A stretch of DNA of 64,000 nt from Candidatus Cloacimonadales bacterium (lineage in GTDB: Bacteria > Cloacimonadota > Cloacimonadia > Cloacimonadales > JAFGVF01): positions 672,001-736,000 of the forward strand of contig CAXXOU010000001.1 of NCBI GenBank assembly GCA_963677495.2, given 5' to 3'. The position numbers and the translations under genes are program-made. Positions 41,651 to 51,701 of the stretch are shown here, one piece after another. Each line of letters starts with the position of its first letter. The stretch's first letter is position 1. The notes below the pieces were generated by a model that saw only the letters and a program-made list of their open reading frames with translations, was not told where the DNA came from and made no database searches.

Positions 41651-44600
41651 ATGAAACGGATCACATTACTTTTAGTAATTTCATTCATGTTACTTAATCT
41701 GTTTTCCACGCCAACAGGCGTAACAGCCACAATTCCTGATGACGGACAGGGATTTTGGTCTGGCAACAGAGCGGTAGAGGGACGACCTGAGCTTAATATT
41801 ACCAGCTCAGAGACAACAAGTATTAATCATGAAAGATGGCAGGAAGTCAGTAGAATCGAGTTTGATGAGTACTTAGAACCCGGTACATATCTCGGTATTG
41901 AATACAACCCATGGAACTTCCAATTCACAAAAGTATCTAATCAATCCGGTTTAAACAGTGTAGCAGAAAGTGCAATTGCACGAGCTCCGGAATGGTTGAA
42001 ATCTCAACTAAGATATACACTTTCCCAATTGAGTAACTCCAGACAAACTGTCTGGGGGAATACTATCTTAGATGCTGTTACTCCATACATTGATGAAGTA
42101 TGCTATGCAGTTGCATGGTCATCACCGGGATATCTTACAAGACAAGATATATATCCTGAGCTAATGCATGAGAATGCACGCTTGATGTATGATATAGCTG
42201 ATGAGTTGCAGTTTGTTTCTATTGTTGATCAAGGTAATGAAGCGTCCGGAGATTGGTATTCAACTACTCAGTACCGCAAAATGGATGAGTTTGGTATCGA
42301 AAGATGGGTTACAGTTGATAGAGATACATATTATATGTATGTTGTGCATCCCAAGATTACTGATGAAATCCCAAACTATATAGATCCTGACCACTCAGAG
42401 TCTAATTCAAGTCATGCTAATAACTTTGCCGAGCCACCGGTTGGACGTTTCTGGAGAGAATATCTTTATTATCATAATGATGATGGCTACCCTAAACTAA
42501 GAGACATGCTTGCAAACTGTCAGTATGTGATGGGTTCTCCGGTTTCTGAAGAGAATGCTATTATGCAAATAAACAGTTGGGTCTCTCAATCAATGGTTTT
42601 TACTTCAGAAGCTGAAAGACCACATCAACCGGTTAGAATCTATGACAAGCATATTGGTAGATGTGGAGAGCATCAGGATTTACGGGGTGCATGTGGAAGA
42701 ATAGCACTTATTCCGACTAAGGGAATCAATTGTATCTCAGGTGACCATGTATGGAATGAGTTCTGGGATGAGAGATGGATTCATTGGGATGGAGGAGGAA
42801 ACTCTTTAGATAATCCACTGCTATATGAGAACGGATGGGGAAGGCATTACGGTTCAATATTTGAACAACGCTCAGATGGTAAATTCATCCCTGTATCAGA
42901 CAAATACTCTGATGGATATGCAACTCTGAATATCTGGGCTATTGATGCTGAAAATAACCCAATAGACGGTGCAAGTGTATATTTAAGAGTTGAAGTTGAT
43001 GGTGATCCATACTTTGATAATGTAGGGGTTACTGATGATACAGGTCTTTGTACATTTATCGTTGGTGAAGATAGGAAGTATTATGCCAGAGTGAATAGTG
43101 TAATTCAAAATATGCCATCCTCCGGATACGACCTGCTTGTTGATAATGCAGCTAATAATGCTGTTTACGACTTTACCTTCCAGGCAACTCAAACGATGAT
43201 GGTTCCTGATGTTTCTTATACTCCGGTTCCAGATAGTACAGGCACACAATACAAGATAGAAACTCATTTCTTCTCAAACAGGTCACTTATTATTGGAAAC
43301 TCAGTATTTGATGATGCAAGTGGGGGTTTACACTACCAAGCTGATTATTCTAATGGAGGAGCTGATCTGTATATGACAGACAGTATTAACTTTGCTGCCG
43401 CTACTTCAGGCTTGCCTTTTGCAGCTTTTCATAGTTATCACGATATGGAAGATATATGGGTCCAATTCTTTACAAATACTGATGACTTCTGGTATTCCTT
43501 CTTCATGAATGGGCATAATGTAGTTAATCCTAAGCATGTCCAAGGTAGTTTTGTAATCTATACAACTGACCCAGAATATCAGACAGGAACAATGGATATC
43601 ACAGTGCTAAATGAAAATGAAGAGCCAATCCCCGGTGCTACAATTGTATTGGAACCTAATGATATTTCTTTTGAAGCAACAGAAAGCAATATATCAATAG
43701 ATGTTGCACAAGGTACCTATGATGTATATTGCTATCCGGGAGAGGATAATCCTAATTATCTACCTACAGCCTTTACCGGTGTTTATGTTTCTGCTGGAGA
43801 AATAGAAGTTCTAGAGTTTGTATTAGAAGAAAACGCGAATCCTGTAAGTAGATTAACTGCCGTGGATGAAGGTCAACAAGTTCATTTATCTTGGGAAGGA
43901 TGTTTCAATTCAACCCGTGACCTTGAATCAATCAGTCTTTTCAGGGGTGAAGTGAACTCCGAGCTTACAATAAATGATGGAAATCTTTATCTTGTTGCTG
44001 AAATGGAGCAAGGAGATTCCTATATCGATACTGATTGGAGTCAGCTTCCAAGCAATGTCTATAGATGGATGATTGTAGCAAACTATACAGGTGGAGAGCA
44101 CTCGATACCTGTTTATTCAAACATCATTGAAAAAGATATGACTGTTGCTGTTGACTTCAATATTACTACAAATACAGATATAATTCCTGATGGTGCAATT
44201 ATCACTCTTACAAATTATGATGATGTAAGTAGTCATCAATATGAAGGGATATATGAGAATCAAAGCTGTATTTTACCAAATGTATGGTTGGGAGAATACT
44301 ATCTGACTGTTACCTTCGCTGACTTTGAGTTTTATGATGATGATTTGCTAATTACAGCAGACGAGACTATAGATGTTGAATTGATTCAAAACTTAACAGT
44401 TCCAGGCAATTGTAGTGTTTCGGAAGGAGTTCTAAGTTGGTATCCATGCAACTTTGCTACAGCTTATAAAGTCTATCTTGATGGCACTCTACAAACTGAA
44501 ACAACAGAAATAGATTACACATTCGCAGGACTATCAGCAGATGTTAACTACTTAGCTGGGGTTAAAGCTGTATATGAGACAGGTGAGTCAGAGCTTTATG

Positions 44601-46900
44601 AAATAGGATTTGTTAATGGTAGCTCAGTAGGCTTTGGTAAAATAGCTAACTTCAGCTTTAATGGTGATTCAGTTGAATCAATCAACAATATCAATATTAA
44701 TGAGTATGGAACAATAGAGTACTCTGATGATGCAGTATCCGGACAATCAGTTGTGCTTGATGGTTTCAGTAGTTACTTGGAGTCAGATAACTCACCAATT
44801 CTTAACAGTGCTGCAACACATTATACTGTTAAGATTTGGGTTAAACCTCGAATTCCAGTAACTAACTGGACTGGTATTGTTGGTAAACCGGGTAGAAATT
44901 ATAACATCTGGACTCATCCTAATGGCTATATACACCATAGATTCCACACTGATACAGGTACAAATAATGGAATAGGAAACACAAACGATGGTGTTATGAA
45001 TTGGGGAGAATGGAATCATATTGTTATTACTAATGACGGTACAGTTGGTAAGACCTATGTCAATGGTGTGTTAGAGCAATCAGGTACATTCTCAGGTGAT
45101 TTAATTGAAGATGACACTCCGCTCATCTTTGGTCGTCATCTTGATGGCAACAGTATGAATTGCATGCTGGATGGAAAACTTGATGAATGTGTTATTTGGG
45201 ATAGAGCTCTTTCTGAGAGTGAAGTAGCTATGGTTTACCTTGAAGAGATGATTCCTGAAGGTACTATAACCGGTAGTATCACTGATGCAAATAATACTCC
45301 TATAGAAGGTGCAATAATTAGTGTTGGCTACAGAGAAGTAGTAAGTAGCTCAAATGGTGGATACTTAATCGCAGTTCAGCCTGCTGATTATGAAATGCAT
45401 GTAACTGCATCCGGATATAGCGAGTATGTACAGAATATTTCTGTTACTGCTAATGATGCACAGAGTATAAATATTTCCCTTACTGAAGCCTTGGAAACGC
45501 CGATGGGTTTAGCTGTGTTCGATAATGAGCTATCATGGTGTCCTGTTGGACTCGATAACGATAGAGATTTTACAGAGTATAAAGTTTATCTGGAAGGCTC
45601 TGAAGTAGCAACCACACAAGATACGAGCTACACTTTCACGAACTTAAACCCGGACCAAACCTACATGGCTTCTGTTGAAGCTTCGTTTGATACAGGTATA
45701 TCACAACAAGCGGAAATTGGTTTTAAAGATGGATCATCACTTAGTTATATGAACACTTTAAACCTGCCTCTAGATGGAGATTATTCAGAAGAGCACGGTA
45801 ATACTCCAACCTCAGTTAATGGTGACCTGACTTTTGTAGCTGATGAAGCTTTTGATAACTATCTTGAATTTGATGGTGTTGGTGACTACCTTGAGCTCTT
45901 AACTACAGACTTGTTAGGATTCTACCAATCAAGTTTCACAGCCAGTGCTTGGGTAAAATTAGCAAGTGACGATACAAATGATAAAGCAATCTTTGGTACT
46001 AATTTCTCCGGAGCAACTAATGGCGGTCTACATTTGATGGTTAGAACTGGACGAGTTAGTATGCGATTCTATGGAAATGACACAAACCAGAATCATGTGC
46101 TTATGCCTGGAGTTTGGTATCATGTTACATATAGATATGATATTGATGCTCAGAAACAAGAGATGTTTGTGAACGGTGAGCTCATAAAGAGCGGAGAAAA
46201 CAAGACTCCTTTCGATAATGCCGGTACCCCTGTATTCATAGGGCAAGCAGATGGTTCTCGCTTCTTCGAAGGTGGCATGAAACATATAAATATCTGGAAC
46301 AGAGCTTTGAGTAGTGCCGAACTCCTGAATAGTTATAACTCAACTGCTCCTGATTATGGATATATCTCAGGTGTTGTAACTTATGCCGGTGATGGAGAGC
46401 CAATGGCTGGTGTTACTGTGACAGTAAATGACGTTCAAGCAACTACAGATGCTGAAGGTTATTATATGATTCCCGTTACAGAGGGGACTTGGGATGTGTC
46501 GTTCAAGCCGGGACTACATACAGAGTTCATCGTAGAAAACGTTATTGTTACTGTCGGTGAAACGTCCCAAGTTGATTACAGTTATGATTTCACTGGTAAT
46601 AATGATGCGGAGCAACTGTCAATTGTAACAGCGTTAAATGCTGTATATCCAAATCCATTTAACCCAACAACGACAATCAGCTTCTCATTAAAGTCTACGG
46701 ACAATGTAAAACTTACTGTGTATGATATCAAAGGTAGGAAAGTAGTTGATTTGGTTGATGCTACTTTAGGAGCCGGTGGTCACACTGTAAGTTGGAATGG
46801 AGAAGATAATAACGGAAAGAGTACTGCATCAGGTATTTATTTAATTAAGATGTCTACAAATAGTTATGAGTCTACACGCAAAGCAGTGTTGATGAAATAA
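41651..46900 (+). CDS. Secreted transglutaminase-like (PNGase-like core) protein with FN3, two LamG and CTD
   Basis: GRCGEH, DHVWNE, WIHWD; W.H LamG motifs; YPNPFNP...KAVLMK. Confidence 0.82.
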   Translation: MKRITLLLVISFMLLNLFSTPTGVTATIPDDGQGFWSGNRAVEGRPELNITSSETTSINHERWQEVSRIEFDEYLEPGTYLGIEYNPWNFQFTKVSNQSGLNSVAESAIARAPEWLKSQLRYTLSQLSNSRQTVWGNTILDAVTPYIDEVCYAVAWSSPGYLTRQDIYPELMHENARLMYDIADELQFVSIVDQGNEASGDWYSTTQYRKMDEFGIERWVTVDRDTYYMYVVHPKITDEIPNYIDPDHSESNSSHANNFAEPPVGRFWREYLYYHNDDGYPKLRDMLANCQYVMGSPVSEENAIMQINSWVSQSMVFTSEAERPHQPVRIYDKHIGRCGEHQDLRGACGRIALIPTKGINCISGDHVWNEFWDERWIHWDGGGNSLDNPLLYENGWGRHYGSIFEQRSDGKFIPVSDKYSDGYATLNIWAIDAENNPIDGASVYLRVEVDGDPYFDNVGVTDDTGLCTFIVGEDRKYYARVNSVIQNMPSSGYDLLVDNAANNAVYDFTFQATQTMMVPDVSYTPVPDSTGTQYKIETHFFSNRSLIIGNSVFDDASGGLHYQADYSNGGADLYMTDSINFAAATSGLPFAAFHSYHDMEDIWVQFFTNTDDFWYSFFMNGHNVVNPKHVQGSFVIYTTDPEYQTGTMDITVLNENEEPIPGATIVLEPNDISFEATESNISIDVAQGTYDVYCYPGEDNPNYLPTAFTGVYVSAGEIEVLEFVLEENANPVSRLTAVDEGQQVHLSWEGCFNSTRDLESISLFRGEVNSELTINDGNLYLVAEMEQGDSYIDTDWSQLPSNVYRWMIVANYTGGEHSIPVYSNIIEKDMTVAVDFNITTNTDIIPDGAIITLTNYDDVSSHQYEGIYENQSCILPNVWLGEYYLTVTFADFEFYDDDLLITADETIDVELIQNLTVPGNCSVSEGVLSWYPCNFATAYKVYLDGTLQTETTEIDYTFAGLSADVNYLAGVKAVYETGESELYEIGFVNGSSVGFGKIANFSFNGDSVESINNININEYGTIEYSDDAVSGQSVVLDGFSSYLESDNSPILNSAATHYTVKIWVKPRIPVTNWTGIVGKPGRNYNIWTHPNGYIHHRFHTDTGTNNGIGNTNDGVMNWGEWNHIVITNDGTVGKTYVNGVLEQSGTFSGDLIEDDTPLIFGRHLDGNSMNCMLDGKLDECVIWDRALSESEVAMVYLEEMIPEGTITGSITDANNTPIEGAIISVGYREVVSSSNGGYLIAVQPADYEMHVTASGYSEYVQNISVTANDAQSINISLTEALETPMGLAVFDNELSWCPVGLDNDRDFTEYKVYLEGSEVATTQDTSYTFTNLNPDQTYMASVEASFDTGISQQAEIGFKDGSSLSYMNTLNLPLDGDYSEEHGNTPTSVNGDLTFVADEAFDNYLEFDGVGDYLELLTTDLLGFYQSSFTASAWVKLASDDTNDKAIFGTNFSGATNGGLHLMVRTGRVSMRFYGNDTNQNHVLMPGVWYHVTYRYDIDAQKQEMFVNGELIKSGENKTPFDNAGTPVFIGQADGSRFFEGGMKHINIWNRALSSAELLNSYNSTAPDYGYISGVVTYAGDGEPMAGVTVTVNDVQATTDAEGYYMIPVTEGTWDVSFKPGLHTEFIVENVIVTVGETSQVDYSYDFTGNNDAEQLSIVTALNAVYPNPFNPTTTISFSLKSTDNVKLTVYDIKGRKVVDLVDATLGAGGHTVSWNGEDNNGKSTASGIYLIKMSTNSYESTRKAVLMK

Positions 46901-46919
46901 ACATAAAGTATAAAAGTAT

Positions 46920-46953
46920 AAGGGAGTTTGCTTTATGCAAACTCCTTTAATTT
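46920..46953 (+). terminator. Rho-independent terminator
   Basis: GGAGTTTGC/GCAAACTCC stem followed by T-rich tract. Confidence 0.8.
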
Positions 46954-47020
46954 ATGAATGCTAATTGGTATTAATTACTTAAGCCCATTAGTAAACATAA
47001 TCAAGTCCGAAGAAGTAATC

Positions 47021-47056
47021 TACCTTTAGAATGGTCGCAGACCTTCTAAATGGTGC
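47021..47056 (+). repeat. 36-bp REP-like palindrome family A
   Basis: TACCTTTAGAATGGTCGCAGACCTTCTAAATGGTGC; five further copies in window. Confidence 0.85.
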
Positions 47057-47359
47057 TTTTGTTAATTCCCATTTCAACCTGTCTGGACGTTTTTTTAGAA
47101 TAAGCTTCAATGATTCAAACCACGAAAGGCACAAAACACACGAAAAGAGATTGCATTTGCAAATCCGAGTACCATGCTTGTTATCCCGATCGAGTGAGGA
47201 TACGAACCGACGACTGTAAGGAGGTGCTCGCTTACCGAAGGTGAGCAACTTCCGAGTAGAGGGAACTCTCCGATAACTTTAGTCTCCCAGCAAAAGAAGA
47301 GCTTATTCTTGAAGAACTCCTTTTAGGGATATAATCTAATAAAGCAAGCACTACAGCAT

Positions 47360-47505
47360 TTCATTGCTCTATCTTAATAAATGATGCAGAAGACTCCATT
47401 TCTGCCCTATTTCTGACAACTCACTTGTCTTCCACCCCAAGGGAGCCCCAAGAGACTCCCTGGATTCGGTCAATTTTCTCTGCTTTATTATGATAGAGCA
47501 ATGAG
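47360..47505. repeat. 146-bp element, copy E2
   Basis: TCATTGCTCTATCTTAATAAA / TTTATTATGATAGAGCAATGA (20/21); shares GAGCCCCAAGAGACTCCC with E1 at the same offset. Confidence 0.85.
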
Positions 47506-47587
47506 AGGATAATAATGCTTATATTATTATCTTCTTCTTGAGCATTTCTGTTCAGCTTTTCTGTTTTATGGACTTAGTGTACAGGAG

Positions 47588-47715
47588 TGGACATAATGTT
47601 TGATTGCTCTCTCACATTAGTTATCATTCTTGTATCTTTTCGTCAACTGAAGCCAATCTGATTCCCATTCGCTGTAACGTGTTTCTAACGGGGAGCTAAC
47701 GGGAAGCTAACGGGT
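47588..47715. repeat. Dispersed repeat with CTAACGGG 10-11-bp units (inverted copy at 63815-63942)
   Basis: About three-quarters identical over 128 bp with one gap (hand alignment). Confidence 0.85.
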
Positions 47716-47852
47716 GTCTAATTGGAATTGTGGCAGGTTCATTCTCGTGTCATGCTAACGCTGTGACGCAAGTCCGAAAGCTTTAGCTGTCACCATAGCG
47801 ACTAAATGGGAGTTGGGTGAATAGCGGAAATGTGGCTTCAACTACATTGAGC

Positions 47853-47898
47853 TACGCAATTCCCCGAACTCCCGTAGGTCGTACAGGTGACCGCTTCA
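47853..47898 (-). repeat. 46-bp dispersed repeat (copy at 60326-60371)
   Basis: 41/46 identical in inverted orientation. Confidence 0.85.
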
Positions 47899-47920
47899 CA
47901 AAAATCAACTACTCCGAGTT

Positions 47921-47952
47921 GCACTCAAGGTCTGCGACCATTAAGAAGGTGC
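47921..47952 (-). repeat. REP-like family A, inverted partial copy
   Basis: Reverse complement contains ACCTTCTTAATGGTCGCAGACCTT. Confidence 0.75.
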
Positions 47953-47980
47953 AGATAATCCTGTCATTTGATGAAGTTGT

Positions 47981-49045
47981 TTAGTCTATCTCAATAAGTT
48001 TATACTCTTTTGATCCTAGACCGATTTCATGCCCATAATCAACCTGATGGTTACCTGATGTATGTGAATGCTTAGCAAACGCATCGCTGAGCTTAGTTTG
48101 CTCATTTACAAGGTCAAGACAGGCTTTATCGATAGCTACCATATCCAATGAAGAAAGAACACCAATATCATCTGTGAAAGCAGGAGGTGCTGAACCAATA
48201 CAATCGCAATGTGCTGATATGTTGTTTAAGAAGTTAATATATACCATATTCGTGTTTTGTGAAATAGCATGAGCATATTCAGTTACACGTTCCTGGAATA
48301 CATTTGTATCAGTTGAGCCCCATGGCACACCGAACACCTGTTCAGGGCAGATTCCTATACAAGCAGCACAACCAATACATTTTGACTCATCTATTTTTAC
48401 AGGTTCTATTGTAATCGCTTTACCAGGGCAGTTATCAACACATAGCCCACATTGAATGCAACGAGAATCACTATATTGAGGAATAGCAGATGCATGCATT
48501 GCCATCTTGCCGGGAATACTACCAAGTCCCATGCCAACATTCTTAATTGCTCCTCCAAAACCTTGAGCAACATGTCCTTTGAAGTGAGAAATAACAATAA
48601 TTGTATCATAACTAAGCAGTTCTTTACCGGTACTAACTTGTTTAAAATGCTTTCCATCATATTCAAGTAGTGCTTCTCCCCCATCATCAACAATATCAAT
48701 AGGCGCAAAATCGAATCCATGCTCTTTCGCAAGTGTTATATGTGAATCAGTGTAACGTCGAGGACTCACATAAAGAACATTAGTCTCAATTAGAGTTGCT
48801 TCTAACTCTGTTACAAGCTCTTTGATTAGACTTGGTTGAATGTAATTCTTATTACCTTTTTCACCAAAGTGGATCTTGATTGCTACTTTACCTTGAACTT
48901 TCGAACTTACTTTCTCATATACTGCTTTTAAACCCTGTGGGCTTATATCTCTTGTTAAATATACCATTTTCTCTCCGTTACTCCTTGATTTTGCACACAG
49001 AACCACTAGTAGTAATAACACAACTATCGTTATGAACATCTTCAT
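47981..49045 (-). CDS. DUF362-domain Fe-S protein with N-terminal signal peptide
   Basis: VAIKIHFGEKGN, SHFKGH, GFGGAIKN, two CxxCxxCxxxCP, CDC, DMVAID. Confidence 0.88.
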   Translation of the reverse strand: MKMFITIVVLLLLVVLCAKSRSNGEKMVYLTRDISPQGLKAVYEKVSSKVQGKVAIKIHFGEKGNKNYIQPSLIKELVTELEATLIETNVLYVSPRRYTDSHITLAKEHGFDFAPIDIVDDGGEALLEYDGKHFKQVSTGKELLSYDTIIVISHFKGHVAQGFGGAIKNVGMGLGSIPGKMAMHASAIPQYSDSRCIQCGLCVDNCPGKAITIEPVKIDESKCIGCAACIGICPEQVFGVPWGSTDTNVFQERVTEYAHAISQNTNMVYINFLNNISAHCDCIGSAPPAFTDDIGVLSSLDMVAIDKACLDLVNEQTKLSDAFAKHSHTSGNHQVDYGHEIGLGSKEYKLIEID

Positions 49046-50343
49046 TAGTACTCCAAAACTTTAACAGGATTCTTAGTTTTTATCGATAAAACGATACCTT
49101 CTTCTTTAGAACTGAACTGCTTATCATCCTCTTTAAAATGAATGTTAATATCCTTTGGTTTGTTGATTATAACGAAGCCGTTTTCCGCAATTACTTCAAG
49201 TTTTAAACTCTTCATATTCTCAGATAAGGTAAGATCTACGTTTCCTTCGTCAATTTTGATAGAATAGAGGCATTCCTCTGCTAAAGGTAACACTAACTCA
49301 CCTTCTTGTCGTAATTCGCTAAAAAAGCCCTTTTTTGTTTGATACCAATCATGCTTCTGAAGCCCCTGGTTCCAAGAGGAATCGTATTTGTTGATTAATT
49401 TACTACCGGGGAATCCGAAACCATGAGCACTCATTTTATAAAGAAAGTTTTCAGCGAACTCGATTTTAACATCAGCATTTAGTAATGATATATCAAACGA
49501 TGAGGAAAACTTGCTATCGAACTCTTTAAATCTATCATAGCGTTTGACTCTTGTATATGGTGTGGCAGTAAGTACCAAAGCGATGAGAACAATGCTTATT
49601 ACTACAGTAAGAGCAACTACTGTCTTCGATTTCTTCAAACGCTGAACGCAAACTTTCTCTGTATACAAGCTCTTGTCTAATCCCATAAGATAGTATAAAA
49701 GGTATGAAACCCAATACACTATCATAGCTGCCCATAGGACATCACTAGTAAAATGCCCACCTTGAATAATACGAGCCATACCAATTGCTAAACCATAAAT
49801 CCAGGCAAAGAGTAAGATCCCGTAAAACTTCAACTTCTTGCGTCTAAACAAAAGAGCAGGAGCAAAGAAAAAGAATCCCATAGTAGCATGTCCGCATGGG
49901 AATGAGTTTCCCCCACTCATCTTATCATAATCACACACACGCTCGAACTTACTATGCCCCCCAAACTCGACTACTTCTCTTGGACGTGGTCTACCCCAAT
50001 GCTGTTTTAGTACACTATTAACAATAATTCCCGGTCCAAGTAGCATAACTAGCACTAAGAAACCCGCCATCTTCTGATACTTAGCAGTTTTTTCTTTGAA
50101 GAAGCTTTTAGCTAATACAATCAATGCTCCTAAGACAACTATTAGTGCAGGAATATTGCCGTAATGGTATAGCTGTTTCCATGGAAAGGAATTCTTAAGG
50201 AACCATCCGTCAGACGGGTGCCAGAACTTTGACTGGATAGCAAGATCCCATTTATTGCTTCTAAACAATATTGTTATTCCAATTAACAGAAGAATTGGAA
50301 TAATCAAGTCTGTAGCCATTTCTATGTAATTTCGTTTTTTCAT
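49045..50343 (-). CDS. PAP2-family phosphatase (LpxF-like) with C-terminal extension
   Basis: K...GRPRP, SFPCGH, RIIQGGHFTSD. Confidence 0.88.
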   Translation of the reverse strand: MKKRNYIEMATDLIIPILLLIGITILFRSNKWDLAIQSKFWHPSDGWFLKNSFPWKQLYHYGNIPALIVVLGALIVLAKSFFKEKTAKYQKMAGFLVLVMLLGPGIIVNSVLKQHWGRPRPREVVEFGGHSKFERVCDYDKMSGGNSFPCGHATMGFFFFAPALLFRRKKLKFYGILLFAWIYGLAIGMARIIQGGHFTSDVLWAAMIVYWVSYLLYYLMGLDKSLYTEKVCVQRLKKSKTVVALTVVISIVLIALVLTATPYTRVKRYDRFKEFDSKFSSSFDISLLNADVKIEFAENFLYKMSAHGFGFPGSKLINKYDSSWNQGLQKHDWYQTKKGFFSELRQEGELVLPLAEECLYSIKIDEGNVDLTLSENMKSLKLEVIAENGFVIINKPKDINIHFKEDDKQFSSKEEGIVLSIKTKNPVKVLEY

Positions 50344-50389
50344 ATCACTCCCAAAAATACAACTATGGAAGTTTCAAAAGATGTAAAGG

Positions 50390-50513
50390 AAAAAAGGAAA
50401 GTCCCAGTCAGGGGGGGCTGGGACTTCAAGGAGGTATCCGTTATTGAAGGGGATGATAATTAAGATAGAAGGAGGTAGGAAACTACCTTAATTATCTTGC
50501 AAACTGCAATCGA
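50390..50513 (-). ncRNA. Candidate sRNA with C-rich/anti-SD loops and own terminator
   Basis: Hairpins 50455-50496 (loop UUUCCUACCUCCUU), 50424-50449 (ACCUCC loop), 50399-50426 plus U-tract. Confidence 0.6.
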
Positions 50514-50523
50514 ACTATAATAA

Positions 50524-50540
50524 TGCAACCCGTGTTCCAA
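50524..50540 (-). promoter_or_regulatory. Putative sigma54 -24/-12 promoter
   Basis: TTGGAAC-ACGGG-TTGCA with exact GG-N10-GC spacing; AT-rich upstream tract. Confidence 0.6.
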
Positions 50541-50883
50541 ATGGTAATAAATTCAAATATTTTTTCTTAGATAATTCATAACATGTTGCTATATATGATG
50601 ATAAATAATTAATTATTTTTATTCTGTATATACTCTTATTTATACTCAATACTTTCAAATTAAGATTTCGTTAATGAAGGTGTCAGTATTTTATGCTTTT
50701 CCCATTATTAACAAGGTTTACTAAGCACTATTACATCAGGCTAAACAATAGTGGCACATTATTATATGGCTATGTTGAGATATGCATCACGATTGGATTT
50801 CACGATTTTGTACACACACATTACAGGTTGTATACAAATGTATACAATGGATACACTATTTTGAATCCAATGTTATATTCAAT

Positions 50884-50914
50884 AAAAAAAGCGAAGATTC
50901 TCACCTTCGCTTTT
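50884..50914 (-). terminator. Terminator of glyS operon
   Basis: AAAAGCGAAG/CTTCGCTTTT stem plus A-tract. Confidence 0.8.
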
Positions 50915-50940
50915 GAAATAAATTTCGATCTTCTATCTAA

Positions 50941-51690
50941 CTATACATCAATGACTTTATAGTCAATAAGCTTCTTCACATAGTTGTTGATCATGACATA
51001 ACTGAATGGTACTGTCACCAACAAACCTAACCCTAGTAGTGCTGCTCCAGCAATATTTAAAAGAAAGAGAAATACCCAAATAAAGAATAGTTTCCATCTA
51101 ACGTCTCCTAACTTTTTGTAACATAGATGAACCGCTTTGAATGGATTCATTTTATACTCACTCACAAGAAACGGAACAGGAAGAATTATTGATGGCCAAT
51201 AAAGTACTAGAACAATTCTAACCAATCTTAGGATGGGATCACCAATACAGATATACTTAATCACGAAAAATGCTAAGAAGTTCATGAATGCAAACAGTAG
51301 CATTTGTGGATAAAAATTGAAGTTTGCAAAGAAATCCTTAATGTTTGCTTCGTCCTCTTTAGCTCTTGCAAAAACTCTGAATGGAATAAAGGCAAGTGGA
51401 GTAACAAGGATAAACAGACCATTATAAATTATATAATTCAAGAATTGGTTCTGATGCAAATCAACAGTTGCATGAAGTATTGAAATACCAATAATGGGCA
51501 ATATTGCCAGAAAGGTTAAGAGGAAGCCAATAGCCAGATTATGATTAACCTTACCCTTATAACTCTCTCGCGTATCTTTCAACACTGATTTGAAAGATAA
51601 ATCCTTCTTTAACAACTCTGATTGATGACCACATGAATCACACCATATCTGAGTGGCTTCAAGTTTATTATTACAATGCTTACAACGCAT
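50941..51690 (-). CDS. Zinc-ribbon membrane protein
   Basis: CKHC..CDSC; TM segments; GLGLLVTVP. Confidence 0.75.
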   Translation of the reverse strand: MRCKHCNNKLEATQIWCDSCGHQSELLKKDLSFKSVLKDTRESYKGKVNHNLAIGFLLTFLAILPIIGISILHATVDLHQNQFLNYIIYNGLFILVTPLAFIPFRVFARAKEDEANIKDFFANFNFYPQMLLFAFMNFLAFFVIKYICIGDPILRLVRIVLVLYWPSIILPVPFLVSEYKMNPFKAVHLCYKKLGDVRWKLFFIWVFLFLLNIAGAALLGLGLLVTVPFSYVMINNYVKKLIDYKVIDV

Positions 51691-51701
51691 ATTTACTCCG
51701 T

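Noticed and set aside
46988..47248. Short ORFs in repeat mosaics (also 32949-33212, 60246-60577, 62811-62999, 63374-63758)
   Set aside because: They run through palindromic repeats and have no recognisable protein motifs
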